From Pelomyxa schiedti (Eukaryota > Protista > Evosea), in contig JAHLWZ010000861.1 of the NCBI GenBank assembly GCA_020536535.1, forward strand, positions 1 through 64,000: a stretch of DNA of 64,000 nucleotides, written 5' to 3'. The notes beneath the pieces were generated by a model. It was not told where the DNA came from, made no database searches, and was given only the letters and a program-made list of their open reading frames with translations. Made by a program: the position numbers and the translations under genes. Of this stretch, positions 63,486 to 64,000 are shown piece by piece. Each line of letters starts with the position of its first letter. Position 1 is the first letter of the stretch.

Positions 63486-64000
63486 GTCCTTAGGCTTGTA
63501 AATTGTTGTACAGAATAAAAAAAAAACTTCCAAAAAAACTTCCTATGCATATGTTTTCGTGTTTCTATTCTATTTCAAAAGCACAAAAAAATCAAACAAA
63601 AAAACCGAAGGCAGATGACGCTCGTACGGCAATTTTTTAATTTTCTTGTCTAACTGGCAGATAGGGACCAAGGGGCCAAAAAGTGTGGACTCTAACAACT
63701 AATATTAGCTTTTTCTTAAGCACGGCAACTACCTACTGGGGCTATGTCGCCGTCTACTTCATGCTAACATATGACCTTTATTTTTTTGATTGGTGTGTTT
63801 TGTTTGTTTTGTGTATCACTCTACATCCACTTGGAGCTTTGTTTTTCACAATGACTTGTAGTTGTGCTATTCTGATTTGAGCAACATAGGGGACAACTTT
63901 CGTACAATGCAAACCAAACAATTACCTTGCTAAACACAACTGCACAGAGTGTCAACTGCACTACTTGGGTTTATGTAGGCTTTATTTTTCTTTCTCGGTG

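Noticed and set aside
63616-64000. Possible partial gene at the right edge (hydrophobic ORF 63683-63880)
   Set aside because: No consistent exon chain or motif could be built in the 385 bp available.

Overview
Gene-dense eukaryotic DNA with about 30 protein-coding genes, many short spliceosomal introns (mostly about 45-110 nt) and GC-rich, low-complexity first exons. No rRNA, tRNA, CRISPR array or transposon was recognised. The gene content suggests a flagellated protist, possibly an amoebozoan such as an archamoeba (inference only). Genes were assembled by hand across GT/GC-AG introns, so starts and ends are approximate. Housekeeping genes: COMMD8, MSS4/RABIF, USP47, NAA80, FARSA, PIG-P, an importin-13/transportin-3-like karyopherin, a MAK/ICK kinase, SLC35B3, two Rho GTPases, a ZC3H4/6/8-like CCCH protein, FEN1 and WDR92. 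The most unusual element is a tandem pair of Cys-less (Pro-loop) pentameric ligand-gated ion channel genes. Both carry an N-terminal helical repeat and a SAM-like domain, lack a signal peptide and show signs of inverted membrane topology, and they flank a UBL plus zf-4CXXC_R1 gene. Other notable items: an apparently circularly permuted RGS domain, a TBC protein lacking both catalytic fingers, a CAMK pseudokinase, an intron-containing bacterial-type HD hydrolase with a probable GA-AG intron, a tandem pair of permuted papain-like (PPPDE-like) genes, a CAAX-less Rho GTPase and a FEN1 with a very long C-terminal tail.
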